DNA of 64,000 nucleotides from Glaucostegus cemiculus (lineage: Eukaryota): contig CDPCPM010000247.1 in assembly GCA_976551045.1 (NCBI GenBank), positions 3,286,001-3,350,000 of the forward strand. Direction: 5' to 3'. Below, piece after piece: positions 50,977 to 64,000 of this stretch (within the stretch, counting starts at the first letter, position 1; each line of letters opens with the position of its first letter). The notes beneath the pieces were generated by a model, which had not been told where the DNA came from, did not search any database, and saw only the letters and a program-made list of their open reading frames with translations. A program made the position numbers and the translations under genes.

Positions 50977-53269
50977 GTTGTATTTAATAATCAAGTTTAC
51001 ATTAGATGCCAACCTTAAACAATAGCTTGAATTTAACAGTTTCAAATGTACAGCAGCAAGCCTCTGACTTTCATTATTTAAAAAGACTGTATGTACACAC
51101 ATGCTATTTTCTACACTGTTAAAATTTTTTCTATCTCCTATTTGCAATGATGTTAAACTGGTGTAGTCATATTCTGAATTAGTAAGCAGAGGCAGATACA
51201 GAATTTAAATTAAGCAAATAAAGCTGGAATAAATGCCAGAATAATTAAGGGTTACTGTAAAAATACCAGCTTGTTCTATCAACACACTTAGTTTACCAGT
51301 ATCCTTCTGGGAAGGATAATATGCCACCCTTAACTGTTCTGACTTACTTCTGACAACATATGAAACTCTTAATTGCTTGCGCACTGAACACTTAGAGAAG
51401 GCAGGAGTGGACAATGAATAGCAGCTTTGCCAGTGATGTCCACATCTCGTGAATGAACAAAATAAGATGGAAAATCTACTGTATTAGGATGTTAATTTAA
51501 ATTTATTATTTAAAAAAAAACCTCACTGGTTCAAAAACTCTCACCATGGAAACTCCAAGGGCTTATGCAAGGCCAAAACAATACAGATGACTGCTTTGAG
51601 CAATGTCCCTTTGTGGGAGTGCTGCAGGCAATGCAGTGCAGAAACTGGCTTTCCCATCAGACCTGTTGCTAAAGATTTGATTCATGGCTAATTATTCATA
51701 AATAAATACCCTATACCCTAGAAAAATATATTGGACCAAAAATAGTTTTCAGCCAATGAGATAGTTTGGCCAAAGCTCTTTTGTTCATTCAAAGCAGAGT
51801 CACAAGACTCACAAATAAAAATATGTACAGTTGTCACACAGTAAAATATTTATAAAATTGCTTTAAGTATTTGAAATCAAAGAGTCACATTCAAGCTCAA
51901 GGCTGTATGTTACTGAATCATGTTCTAAACCACTTAAAATTGAATTTTATTCAATACAGCAAATGATACTGTAGCAATCTGTTTGGGCCACCTTCATAGT
52001 AATGTATCAAATATTTGAGCCACCTTTTTAGCAACATACAGATGTGCATCTATTTTCAATTATATTGTCTCTTTTATAGCGCAAGAAACACCTGCAGAAA
52101 AAGTTGTGTGTAATGCAATAATACCATACACATCAAGGTACAAAGTTAGTGTGCAGTTTTGATGTTAAAATACTACTGGGGTTATTGTTTTTATGGTCTT
52201 TGGGAATTGATAGATGGGTGTACCTAGAGTATGAAAAACGTAGACTAAGGAAAAGCTCTGTCAGGCCTCCAACCTGCTCTTCTCACATCGTTAATGTGAA
52301 TGGTCCATATGAATTTCCAGCCTAACCATCCAACAATGACTATCTCTTACTCAGAGCTTCTATGGCATGAATATTAGTTGACACCTATCAGTCCATGACT
52401 TAATGTTGTCTAGGTCCAGCTGCTTGCGCTCTGATCTTATTTTTAAAAAAGCCGTTAATGCAACAGTTGAAGATGGGTACAGGAAAATGCCATAAGGAAC
52501 TCTTGCAGTGATCACGAACCTCGAATAATCATAACCATTTTCCTTTGTGTGATTCCAACCACCAAAATGTTCTCTCCTCAACAGCCATGATCTCAGTTTT
52601 TCCAGGGTTCCATAAATGCCCCTATGGTCAAAAGTTGTCTCAATTTCAAGTCCTATGCTCAGTCAGGTTGGCATCTTTAGGAGCTGCTCCTGCATATTTC
52701 ATTTCTTGAATGCAACAAGAGCTAACCTACTCATTGTGGTAGAAAACTACAAAACCTAATTTCTTCTGAATGGTTTTTGACTCCCCCTATTGTACCTCCT
52801 ATCTTAATTTGCTTTATTCCACAGCAGTCTAAAAAGGTAGAAAGCAGCATTTATGATCACTTTCATTTTGACAAATGACAGTGATTTACTTGTTCACTAC
52901 ATTTGGCAATCTCTTTTACACTGGGGAAACCAAAAGCAGATTAAACAACTATCTTTGTGGAACACCTCCATTCAGTCTATTTTAATTCTCTATCCCATTT
53001 TGACCTTTGTGCCTATGGCCTCCTACACCATTCCAACTGCAATGAGTTGTCAGAGCATTTTGTTTTCACTTATGGCCCCAACTTTTAATCTTGCCTATAA
53101 GTACAAAGCAATTACTAATGAGTCTATCACCTTAAGTGAAAGATCCCAAACTTTGAATACCCAAAAACAAGTGTCTTTTCACTCAAATTTTCAGTGGAAT
53201 GTAAATTCTGCTAATAGGAAGAAGCAGAACACAACAACAAGTATCTGGTTCACTATTGTCCCTTGGGAC

Positions 53270-54300
53270 TAAATCTGCCATCCTTAACAGATCTGGCCTA
53301 TATGCAACTCTCAATCCATCTTGTATTCTTGACCCTTAGGTGTTCTCTGAAACAGCCAAGTAAGCATCACTACATTCAGATAGAGAAACAATGGAACCAC
53401 ATAAACCACCTGGCAGCAACCTAGGTATTTGGACACAGCAAAGTTGCTCCCAGCCCATTTAACCTTGCAAATGCTTGTCACAAACATTTGGGGACTAGTT
53501 CTAAATTGGGAGAGCTGTGCCACAGATCTGTCAATCAACAGCCTGAAATATGATATTCACAGAATTGTATCTCAACAGACAATGTATCAGATATCCTCAT
53601 TACAATCCCTCAGTAATGTCATCTCACAAGCAGAAAATATGGCCAGAGATGGAGCACAGTGGTATACCGGCAGAAAGGAGTAGCCCTTGCAGTCTCAATA
53701 TTGGCTCCAGACCCCATGAAGTCTCACAGCAAAAAAAAAGAGCAGAGAAAGTTCTTCCTGCTTAGCACCTACAATCCTCCCTCAGATGAATCAATGTTGA
53801 GCAACACAGCAACACTTGCAATAGCATTTATACTGGGTGGGAGACTTCAGTGTCAAACACCAAGCGTGCTTGGTAGCATCACCATTGAGAGTGTCCTGAA
53901 AGGTGCATTTGCAGCAGGGAGTGAGGGGAAGTAACAAGAAAGATTAACCTACCTGTGGCAGATACATCTATCCAAGATAAAATTGGTAGAACTGACCCCC
54001 GTACTGTCTCCACAAGGACCAAGTCCAATCTATATCCAGAGAACATCTTCCATCATACTGTTTGGCACTACATTGCGCCATCCACTACCCTGAAAATCCA
54101 TACCCTCTACTACAAGTAAGTAACATCCACAAAATGCACTGCATTTAGTCACCCAGGCTACTCAAACAACAAATCAAAAACCTGCTACCTCTACTACCAA
54201 GAAAAAAAGCAGCAGGCTCAAAGGAATACCATCACTGGCAAGCTTCCCTCCAACTTGCATGCTGCAAATTTCTACAAGTCTAACCTAAACCCTCTGCCCC
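53270..54300 (+). mobile_element. Old CR1-clade LINE (endonuclease start and 3' remnant)
   Basis: NIWGLVLNWESCATDLS is a frameshifted version of the NxWGLVPKLGELSHRLVKQQPDI-type endonuclease N-terminus. Confidence 0.6.
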
Positions 54301-55232
54301 TTCCCATATTATTTATCTTAAGGCTTTACCTACAACTCTTGTTATTCTATATGCCAGAAGAGTAGTCTCAGCCTGAGCCATTGAATCCCGTCCTTCTTCC
54401 CCCAGTACAGATGCCTCAGTGACCAGAATATTAAGAATTCTGGCAAGCATTTTATACTGAATATGTTACAATAAAAACTGTGTGCTATTGTTGAATCAAT
54501 TGACAGTATCCAGTTAATTCACTTAATCAAGGACTATGTTCATTCATCTTGAAGAAAGTATCTTGTGTAAAATTCATCCTCAATACCTATACAGAATAAC
54601 TAAGGTGATGTAAATACATACAAATCTTTCTGAGATACATTCAAGAGACAGAAGATTAGCTGTTTGTTGTTACCTCATTACTTTTTTGACCATGACATGA
54701 ATACCCTTGTCTCAGAAATGTCAGGAGAATGCATTATTGAAAGGCTAGTGAAAAGCAGCATTTAGAAATCTTGCTTAAACGTTATCAATTCAAATTTTTG
54801 CACTTTGTTGATTCTGTTTTGAACCTGGTATGTCACTACCCACCCCAACAGCCTCCAATGCACTTGAACCCACAGTCGCCATTTATTATTTTAAAAGTGA
54901 CAATAATAATAAACCAATTCCAAAACCAAAACTAATTCCAGAATGACATCTTGTGATCACTCCAAATTACCCATTAATTTGGTTTTGTATGAGAAGTTTC
55001 AATGTACTGAACATAGTTACAACTGAGAGGATGAAGTTACAGTGTTTAATCAGGCTTCTAGAAACCAAATTACAAATTCCATACATGTATATTGGTAGAA
55101 GAGAAAACATGCCCAAATGTGAGAATTTTTTTTTGGAAATAATCATAACAGAACTGCTTTATATAACCACATAACAATTTGGATATTTTCCACTCCCTTG
55201 CAGGTCAATTCAAAAAGTTTAGGCATTTTAAA

Positions 55233-57527
55233 ATATGGAACAGTACAGCACAGGAACAGACCCTTCAGCCCACAATGTTGTGCTGAACTAATTAAACTAG
55301 TAATTAAATGCCTAACTAAACTAATCGCTTCTGCCTACACAATATCCATATCCCTCCATTCTCTGCACATTCACGTGCCAATCTAAGAGCCTCTTTAAAC
55401 ATCTCTATCGTATTTGCTTCCACCACCATCCCTTTTGCAGGGCATTCCAGGAACCCATCACTGTGTAAAAATAACTTGTCCCACATACCTCCTTTGAACT
55501 TACCCCTCTCACCTTAAATGCGTGCCCTCTATTATTAGATATTTCAGCCCCAGGGAAAACTTACCAACTGTCTACTCTATGCCTCTCATAATCCTCTAGC
55601 AGGTCTCCCCTCAGCCTCCCCCGCTCCAGAGAAAACAACCCAAATTTGTCCAACCTCTCCTTATAGCACATGACTGCTAATCCAGGCAGCATCATGGTAA
55701 ACTTCTTCTGCACCCCTCCAAAGCCACCACATCCTTCCTATAATGGAGCGACCAGAACTGAATGCAATACTGCAGATGCGGCCTAATTAGAGTTTATAAA
55801 GCTGCAACTTCCCAACTCTTGAATTCAGTGCCTCGACTAATAAAGGCAAGCATTCCACTATGCCTTCTTTACCACTCTATCAATCCATGTAGCTACTTTC
55901 TTGGACTTGGACCCCAAGATTCCTCTGTACATCAACACAGTTAAGGTCTCGCCATTAACAGCGTACTGCCCCAATACATTTGATCTTCCAAAGCACAACA
56001 CTTCACATTTGGCCAGATTAAACTCCATCTGCCATTCCTCCACTCGTATCAGCAACTCATCTATACCCAACTGTATCCTTTGGTAATCTTCTGCACGGTC
56101 CACACACTACGGATCTTTCTATCATTTGTGAACTTACTAACCTACCCATCCACATTTTCATCTGGGTCATTTACACATATACACACAGAGCAGAAGACCA
56201 AGTACAGACCTCTGCAGAAGACCACTAGTCAGGGACGTCCAGCCAGAACAAGTCCCATCGATCACTACCCTCTGTCTTCAATGGGCAAGCCAATTCTGAA
56301 TCCAAAGGGTCAAGCCACTGTGGATCCCATGATCTTAATCTTCTCGATGAACCTACCATAAGAGACCTAATCAAACACCTTACTAAAATCCATGTCGACC
56401 ACATCCACAGCTCTATCTTCATCAATCACCTTTGTCAACTTCTCAAAATACTCAATCAAGTCAGTAAAACACAACTTGCCCTGCACAAAGCCATGCTGAC
56501 CATCCCTAATAAGACATGCTTTTCCAATTGCTCATAAATCCTATCCCTAAGAATCGTCTTCAATAGCTTCCGTCCCACTGATGTGAGACTCACCAGTCTA
56601 TAGTTTCCAGGATTATCCCCATTTCCCTTCTTGCATAATGGAACATCAGCTACTCAACAGTTCTCAGGGACCTCGGCTGTGGCTAGGGAGCACAAGATCT
56701 TGGTCAAGGCCCCACAAATCTCATCCTTTGCCTCTCTCAATAACCTGGGGTATATCCCATCAGGCCCTGGGGACATATACACCTTAAGAGACCCAATACT
56801 ACCTCCTTCTTTATTTCAAAATGGCCTAGCATATTAGCGCACTCTGCACTGATCTCCCTATCCTCCACATCCTTCTCGTTGATAAATACTGATGCAATGT
56901 ACTCATTTAGGACCTCTCCCACATCCTCCACTTCCAAGCACATGTTCTGTCCTTTATCCTTAGTGGTCCTATCCTCTCTCTAGTTATCCTCTTACTCTTG
57001 ATGTATGTACAGAATGCCTTATGATTCTCCTTAATCCTACTTGCCAAGGACTTTTCATGGCCCATCCTAGCTCTCCTAATTCCCTTCTTGAATTTTCTAG
57101 CTTCTTTATAATCCTCAAGGGGTCTGTTTGATTTTAGCTTCCTAAACTTTACATTCACTTCCTTTTTCTTCTTGACTAAATTCACCAGCTTTCTCGAGAT
57201 CCAAGGTTCCCTTACATTGCCAGCCTTGTCCTTCCTTCTTACTAGAGCATACCTGCCCTGTACTCTAGGTGGTTGGTCTTTAAACACCATCCACGTCAGA
57301 TATGGACTAACCAAAAAACAGCTGTTCCCAATCAACTTTCCCTAGTTCCTGCCCAATACTCTTGTAATTTGCCCTGCTCCAATTTAATACTCTCCCGCAA
57401 GGTCCATATTTATCCTAATTTATAGCTATCTTAAACCTTAAGGAGTTTTGGTCACTGTTCCCCAACTGTTCTCCCACTGAAAGGTCAGTTACCTGGCCAG
57501 GCTTATTTCCCAACACCAGATCCAGTA
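55233..57527 (-). mobile_element. Degenerate CR1 ORF2 with 3' tail
   Basis: VREPWISR...KENHKAFCTYIKSKR, EVLNEYIASVF and WQMEFNLAKCEVL. 3' tail near 55233-55290. Confidence 0.93.
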
Positions 57528-57938
57528 ACATATAACATGCTCCCACATCAATAGAATTATTAACTTCTCCTCACCCATTGTTTTGCTGCTGCAATTATTA
57601 GTTCAGAACAACACAGGAATAAAAACCAGTGAGGTTGTTCAATAAGCTTCAATTCAAAGACAGTCATATTTCAGAATTTATGCAATGTGTACCACATTCA
57701 AGTTAAGTAGATGAAATACTGGTTGCAATATTTCAAAGAAGGTAACTTGTTAATTTGTGGGTACTGAAACTCTGACAGTGTTAAGTTCTTTTGTGGATAG
57801 TATAGTTATCATACCATGACCTCCTTCAGTCAAATTTATTTTGTGTTGGAAACTAGGACATTAAATACACCAATATTAAATCTTGCAAAAGTGTCTCAAT
57901 CTCAGCTTTGCTAGGTCCATTTACATAGTATTAACATT

Positions 57939-58232
57939 TGAAAATCTTGAGCACTCAATTTGGCTTCCTTGCACACTTTTGAGACTTCAATTATGAAGCT
58001 GCACTGATCTCCCTATCCTCCACGTCCTTCTCATTGGTAAATACTGATGCAATGTACTCATTTAGGACCTCTCCCACATCCTCCACTTCCTAGCACATGT
58101 TCTGTCCTTCATCCTTAGTGGTCCTATCCTCTCCCTAGTTATCCTCTTGCTCTTGATGTATGTATGTATGAAAATCTTGAGCACTCAATTTGGCCTCCTT
58201 GCATACTTTTGAGACTTCAATTATGAAGCTGC
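57939..58232 (+). repeat. 64-bp direct duplication (57939-58002 / 58169-58232) enclosing a 166-bp copy of 56844-57009
   Basis: Direct sequence comparison. Confidence 0.93.
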
Positions 58233-58659
58233 TCTTGAATGTGTAGGAGGCAAATTAAATAAACTGATTATAAACCTTATGGCATCACAAGCAGGTCATT
58301 CCTATTTTGATTAGAAGTGTTAGTTTTAACTCTAAAGAGCAAAGTTCACACAACTCATAGCAATACAGTTATATAAGTAATTGGACAAATAAAATTTGAT
58401 CCACTATTTTATAAGGCTAAGTGCCAGAAACAAACTATGTTAATAGCTTAAAGTTTTAAAAGAGGCCAAGCAACAACTGACAAAAGTGGACAATGCACAT
58501 TCAAATTATTTATTTAAATTCTAAGCAGAAATTGAAATAGCAGAACTTAGTACATTATCAAACTGATATGGAAGCAATTAAGTGAAAAAGTAGAATAATT
58601 TAACTGAGAAAATAGTTCACTCTAGTTTTTAAAAACAAAAAAATGCATATTATACATAC

Positions 58660-58996
58660 ACCATCTTACCATACAAATGTCCCAGAGAGTCTCACATATT
58701 TTGTTTGACTCCATGACAAAGAGTAACTATATTAACAAATCTAGTAAATTTGGATAAAGCAAGGTTCCACAAATAGCAATGAGATGAATGATCAACTAAT
58801 TTAATTTCAGCAGCATTCGTTGGGGAAAGTAAATGACAGAAAAGACACAAGAACACTAACCTTCCTCAAATAACACCATGGAATTCACTTGCTTGAATCG
58901 CCACAAGAGGCAGATAGGATCTTTAAAAAATAATGTAAAGGATAGCACCTCCCACAATGCAGAAGCTAATACTACCCCAGAATGTCAACCTTGATT
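58660..58996 (-). mobile_element. Decayed DeuSINE copy
   Basis: caaggttccacaaatagcaatgagatgaatga, cttcctcaaataacaccatgg and gatagcacctcccacaatgcag are collinear with 9540-9925. Confidence 0.6.
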
Positions 58997-59028
58997 TTTA
59001 GGGAGTTTTATAGCTAATCACCTATTAC

Positions 59029-59110
59029 CTTTGCTGTAGGCCTCTTCACATGAACTGTCCAATTTATTCTGACGTCTTAGCCTTATCTCCTTTGATAATT
59101 TGTCCTTCAA
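59029..59110 (-). CDS. ADIPOR2: Probable upstream ADIPOR2 coding exon (82 nt)
   Basis: ttgttcatatag acceptor and ag|gtaata donor. LKDKLSKEIRLRRQNKLDSSCEEAYSK resembles the ADIPOR2 N-terminal DIRLRKGHQLD. No ATG inside, and it ends in phase 1. Confidence 0.5.
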
Positions 59111-59559
59111 CTATATGAACAATTACTGTTTGAAAGTTACAATGGAAATAGTTTTCAACCCCTTTTCAGGCAGTTTTAGATCTCAGCAACCCTGTATTTC
59201 TTCCATCAATAATGTTAACTTCATTATCACTGGTTGCCAAAGCCTGGTTAAAGGAAAAGTTTCTTCTAACTTGCTCCAGCAAAACCTGTCATTATTTTGC
59301 ATAGTTCTAAAGGGGTGTCTTCTTATCAGATAACACCACCTTCTCCAATCACTCCACATAACAGAAATACACAATATTTCAGCTGTGGTCAAACAAGTGA
59401 CTTCAAGGAATGTTTTCAAAGCTATCATACCCCCACTGACTTCTGGGACTTCCTGCCCCATAATGGCTCCAAGTGAACCAGCAGCAACAATGGTATCTGC
59501 AACGAAAGCGGCATTAATGGCCAAAGGAGTGCACCATCTCCCAAACTATCCAACTATAC

Positions 59560-59670
59560 TTTCAAGTACTTCATACCCTCACAGAATCTGCGGGTGCCAC
59601 AGTAACCTCAGAACATACAGAACTGAAGTGCAAACACGTCATCCTCAATCCCAAAGGACAGATGAGGAAT
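59560..59670 (+). mobile_element. RTE 3'-end remnant
   Basis: cagaatctgc...acctcagaac...gtcatcctcaatcccaaaggac resembles the end of the RTE at 46660-46765. Confidence 0.5.
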
Positions 59671-59944
59671 CACCACCAGAACTTAACATATGTTACATCA
59701 CCAAAGGACTGCCCAATCCTATTACCCTTGCATCAGTCAGTACATTAAGTGCAGTTCGCTAAACACCATCTCTCAAAGCAGACCCAACATTTGTTAATTT
59801 TGCCTTACTCTGCAGCTGTCTCCCAAACATATTTCATGAGTTAAAAATACAAATCAGAAAAATTATTCTGAAGTTTACAGAATAAACCCTTTACTATAAT
59901 GCAATTAGCATCTATAGTCCAAAACCACTGCTTCCCAGAAATCC

Positions 59945-62900
59945 TAGAATAGTACAGCATGGAAACAGGCCACTTGGTCCAACTCATCCATGCCAACCAG
60001 TCGACACACTTCCATTAATCCCATTTCCCAGCACTTGGTCCATAGCCCCCGATGCCTAAGCAATTAAAGTACAGATCTAGACATTTCTTAAATGCTGTCA
60101 GTGACTCAGCTTCAACCATTCTCTCAGGCAATGCATTCCAGATACTTACTACTCTCTGGGTGAACGTGTTCCCCCTCATATTCCCTTTAAATCTGTTGCT
60201 CTAAACCCATGTCCTCTTGCTTTATCTACCTCTGATGTGGGGAAAAGCTTCCTGCATTCTACTATCTATATCCTTCAATTTTATATACATCAATCACATC
60301 GCCTCTTAACCTCTGCTTTTCCAGGCAGAACAGACCTAGCTTTTCCAGTCTCTCCTCTCAACCAAACTGCTCCATTCTAGGCAACATTTTGGTGAATCTC
60401 CTCTGCACTCTTTCCGGTGCAATCATATCCTTCCTTTACCTTGGTGACCAGAAATGCACACAGTGCTCCAGCTGAGGCCTGACCAAGTTTTATAAAGTTG
60501 GAGCATAACCATCCTACTTCCATATTTAATACCCCAACTAATGAAGGCCAGTATCCCATATACTTCCTATCCACTTTATTACCTGTGTAGCCACCTTCAA
60601 GGACCTATGCACGTACTCCAGGATCCCTTTGCTCCTCCATACTTCATAAGACCCTATGATTCATGGTGTATGTCCTAACCTCAATAGTGCTCTCAATAAT
60701 GCATCGCCTCACTTTTATCTAGATTAAACTCCATCTGCCATTTTCCAGCCCACTTCACCAACACATCAATATTTCTCTTCTGTTTAAGACTGCAATCAAT
60801 AACTCAGTTAATCTTTGTGTGGTTCATGAACTTACTCTCACATCTACATCCAATTCATTCACATATATTATAAACAGCAAGGGTCCCAGCCCCAATCCTT
60901 GTGGGACATCATAAGTCACAGGCATCCAAGCACAAAAAAAACTCCCAATAAGAGTTTTTTTAAATATATAAGAAGCAAAAGAGAGACGCGGGTTGATATA
61001 GGACCGATAGAAAATGAGGTGGGAGAGATTATTATGGGTGATAAAGAGATGGCGGAGGAGCTAAATCAGTATTTTGCGTCGGTCTTCACGGTAGAAGATA
61101 TTAACAATATACCGGTTAGTCAAGGGTCTCGAGGGACGGAATTAAAGACAGTTAAGGTTACGAGAGAGAAAGTGTTGGGGAAGCTAAATGGGTTAAAGAC
61201 TGATAAGTCTCCGGGACCGGATGAGATACATCCCCGTGTACTGAAGGAAGTAGCTCTAGAAATAGTGGAGGCATTAGTGATAATTTTTCAGGAATCGATA
61301 GACGCTGGAGAGGTGCCGGAGGACTGGAGGGTCGCGAATGTAGTTCCATTGTATAAGAAAGGTGGGAGACAGCACAGAGGAAATTACAGACCTATCAGTC
61401 TTACATCTGTGGTGGGGAAGATACTAGAATCGATCCTCAAGGATGAGGTGATGGGATACATGGAGGTGCAAGGCAAGATAGGTCCTAGTCAACATGGATT
61501 CGTGAAGGGAAGATCCTGCCTGACCAATTTATTGGAGTTTTTTGAAGAAATCTCAGGCAGGGTGGACAAGGGAGAGGCCGTAGATGTAGTGTATTTAGAC
61601 TTTCAGAAGGCATTCGACAAGGTGCCGCACAAAAGACTAATTAGTAAGATGAGAGATCACGGAATAACGGGCAGGATAACAGAATGGGTGGAGAGTTGGC
61701 TGGATGGCAGGAAACAGAGGGTGGGAATAAAAGGATCGTGTTCTGGTTGGCTGCCGGTTACTAGTGGTGTTCCGCAGGGGTCGGTGTTGGGGCCCCTTCT
61801 TTTTACCTTATATATTAATGATTTAGACGAAGGAGTCAATGGGTTTGTGGCCAAGTTTGCAGATGACACTAAGATTGGGGGAGGAGTGGAGAGTATTGAG
61901 GAGACAGGAAAGTTACAGAGAGACTTGGATATTCTAGGAGAATGGGCGAAGAAATGGCAGATGAGGTTCAACGTGGAAAAATGTGCAGTTGTACACTTCG
62001 GAAGTAGAAATGGAAGGGCAGACTATTATCTAGAAGGAGATAAAATTGGAAGCACAGAAGTACAAAGGGACTTAGGGGTGCTCGTACAGGATAACCTAAA
62101 GGTTAACCGCCAGGTTGGATCGGCAGTAAGGAAAGCGAATGCTATGTTGGCATTTATTTCGAGGGGTATAGTATATAAAAGCAAGGAAGTGTTGATGAGG
62201 CTATATGGGGCACTGGTGAGGCCTCACTTGGAGTACTGTGTGCAGTTTTGGGCCCCATACCTTAGGAAGGATGTGCTGATGTTGGAGAGGGTTCAGAGGA
62301 GATTTACTAGGATGATTCCTGGGATGAAAAAGTTTACATATGACGAGCGACTGTCGTCACTTGGACTGTACTCGTTGGAGTACAGAAGAATGAGAGGGGA
62401 CCTAATAGAAACGTACAGGATGTTGAAAGGAATGGACCAAGTGAATGTGGTCAAGCTGTTTCCCTTGGTGGGGGAATCCAGGACTAGAGGACACAAACTT
62501 AGAATTAGAAGAAGCAGGTTCATAACAGAGATAAGGAGGAATTTCTTTAGCCAGAGGGTGGTGAACCTGTGGAACTCCTTACCACAGAGAGCAGTGGAAG
62601 CCAGATCATTGGGGATATTCAAGAAGGAAATAGATAGATATCTAATTGGTCAAGGTATCAGGGGATATGGAGATAAGGCAGGGATTTGGACTTAGAATAG
62701 TAGGTGGGTTTTTTTTTTTTTCTCCCCCCCCCCCCCCCCACCTTCCCTTCCCTTTGGAGCAGACTCGATGGGCCGACTGGCCTGCTTCTGCTCCATTATC
62801 TTGTGATCTTGTGATCTTGTGAACCATCATCCACTATCTCCCATTGCCAAAGCAATTTTGGATTGGTTTGCCAACTTACCCAGGATCCCATAGGCCCTAG

Positions 62901-63165
62901 TCATTTGAACCAGTGGGACTTTGTCTATGGCTTTACTAAAGTCCATGTAAATCACATCTGTCATGCCCTAATCAATACATTTTATTGCCTCTTCAATTTA
63001 TTCAATCAAATTGGTCAGACAGGATCTGCCCATTACAAAGCTATGGTGGTCATCTCATATTACTCCCTGTCTTTCCAAGTGATCATTAATCATCTCCCTC
63101 AGAAATTTTTCCAGCACCTTCTCCATCACTGATGTTAGGGCTTACAAGTCTATAGTTACCAGTTA
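59945..63165 (-). mobile_element. Old CR1 (59945-60946 and 62823-63165) split by a younger opposite-strand CR1
   Basis: 3' tail at 59945. The RT remnant continues collinearly across the insertion. Confidence 0.85.
60947..62822 (+). mobile_element. Very young 5'-truncated CR1 with uninterrupted RT ORF (~580 codons) and (GATCTTGT)n tail
   Basis: ORF open to its stop at 62695, with KSPGPD, YRPISLTS, QHGF, DFQKAFDKVPH, GVPQGSVLGP and FADD. 3' stem-loop at 62756-62794 and an octamer repeat at the end. Confidence 0.97.
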
Positions 63166-64000
63166 CATTCTCACATTGCTAAAAATTATGCTCTTGACAT
63201 TGTTCAAGTTTCCTATCCCCTTGTCTTTGTTGCTATGGTCTTATTCTCCTCCTCCACAACGGTAGATAAACCATGCAAGGAGATCAGTCCTAATACCGGT
63301 GAGGCACAACTCTTATCGAAACTTGCTAATCCTGGAAAGAGGTCTAGATGCATTGACAAGAGTACTGTCAATTTAGTTAAACAGAATTTCAAATTCTAGA
63401 CCACGGACTGCAATATCTAGACATCTGAATCTTCTAAAAATAAAATTCATACTTCAGAGTTTTGATACAAGTCGGGGTGGAAGGGGAACAGCAGATGACA
63501 TTTTCAAACTCAGAAGAAATGCTCAATCTTACTTTTCACCCACATTTCATTCAGATCAAATAAAATGAGAGCTTCAGCAAGATTGATATTAACTGAAAGA
63601 ATGATCAACATTCTGCATTTTCTTGAACACCAATCCAAATCTCTAGTCTATTCTCCTACACGTGAACCATATCATCAGAACTGAAATATGTATAAGATTG
63701 AATGTGGAGATGAGAAGCTTGAAGAGCACCGCTACATTTTGATACAATTTAGTCTTTTTCCCCCACCAGATTTTGTGCCAAAAGAATTCATACATAATAA
63801 AAATGGAGTAATAACCCTAACAATATTTTCCATCTTTGCAAATATACACCAGTGTTTTGTAGGACAAAGCCTTATACAAGATGCTCAAACATCATTCTCT
63901 CTTTTCCAGCATAAATGAGAGTGACAAACCAAGAGATGTAATTACAGAATGAAAATGGGCCATTCAGCCCAACTAGCCCTAGTTAGTGCTTCTCCTCCAT

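Noticed and set aside
60899-62695. 598-aa ORF as a domesticated host gene
   Set aside because: It is a 5'-truncated CR1 ORF2 lacking the endonuclease. The listed start is a non-ATG codon in flanking repeat DNA.
63170-63432. Possible further upstream ADIPOR2 exon (minus acceptor ttttatttttag, short ORF MHLDLFPG...)
   Set aside because: The ORF terminates, there is no convincing donor and no recognisable homology. A 5' UTR exon cannot be excluded.
1-64000. Prokaryotic systems (CRISPR arrays, operons, retrons, defence islands)
   Set aside because: The sequence is vertebrate intron/exon DNA. All RT ORFs are CR1, RTE, Tx1 or Penelope types, and no spaced repeat array was seen.

Overview
Eukaryotic, repeat-rich DNA from a cartilaginous fish. 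The SINE and CR1 families suggest a batoid (ray or sawfish), which is an inference. The only clearly supported host gene is ADIPOR2 (adiponectin receptor 2, PAQR family) on the minus strand. Six coding exons (114, 172, 187, 188, 194, 129 nt) have GT-AG boundaries, and the last five match the sizes I recall for human ADIPOR2. A probable upstream coding exon lies at 59029-59110 and the 3' UTR runs to about 28.1-30.2 kb. Roughly 40% of the window is CR1-clade LINEs of very different ages, including one copy with about 580 uninterrupted codons. The rest includes Penelope-like elements, a fragmented RTE, a Tx1-like remnant, V-SINE and DeuSINE copies and a Tigger-like MITE. Most ORFs in the supplied track are TE debris. 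The most unusual structures are insertion scars: (1) a 3.3-kb CR1 flanked by a ~426-bp direct duplication; (2) a CR1 with a twin-priming-type 5' inversion; (3) a 166-bp locally templated insertion inside a 64-bp duplication. There is also a decayed segment that may derive from a fusion-protein-type env gene, and inverted CR1 pairs bracketing ADIPOR2 exons. All family calls come from recalled motifs; no database search was run.
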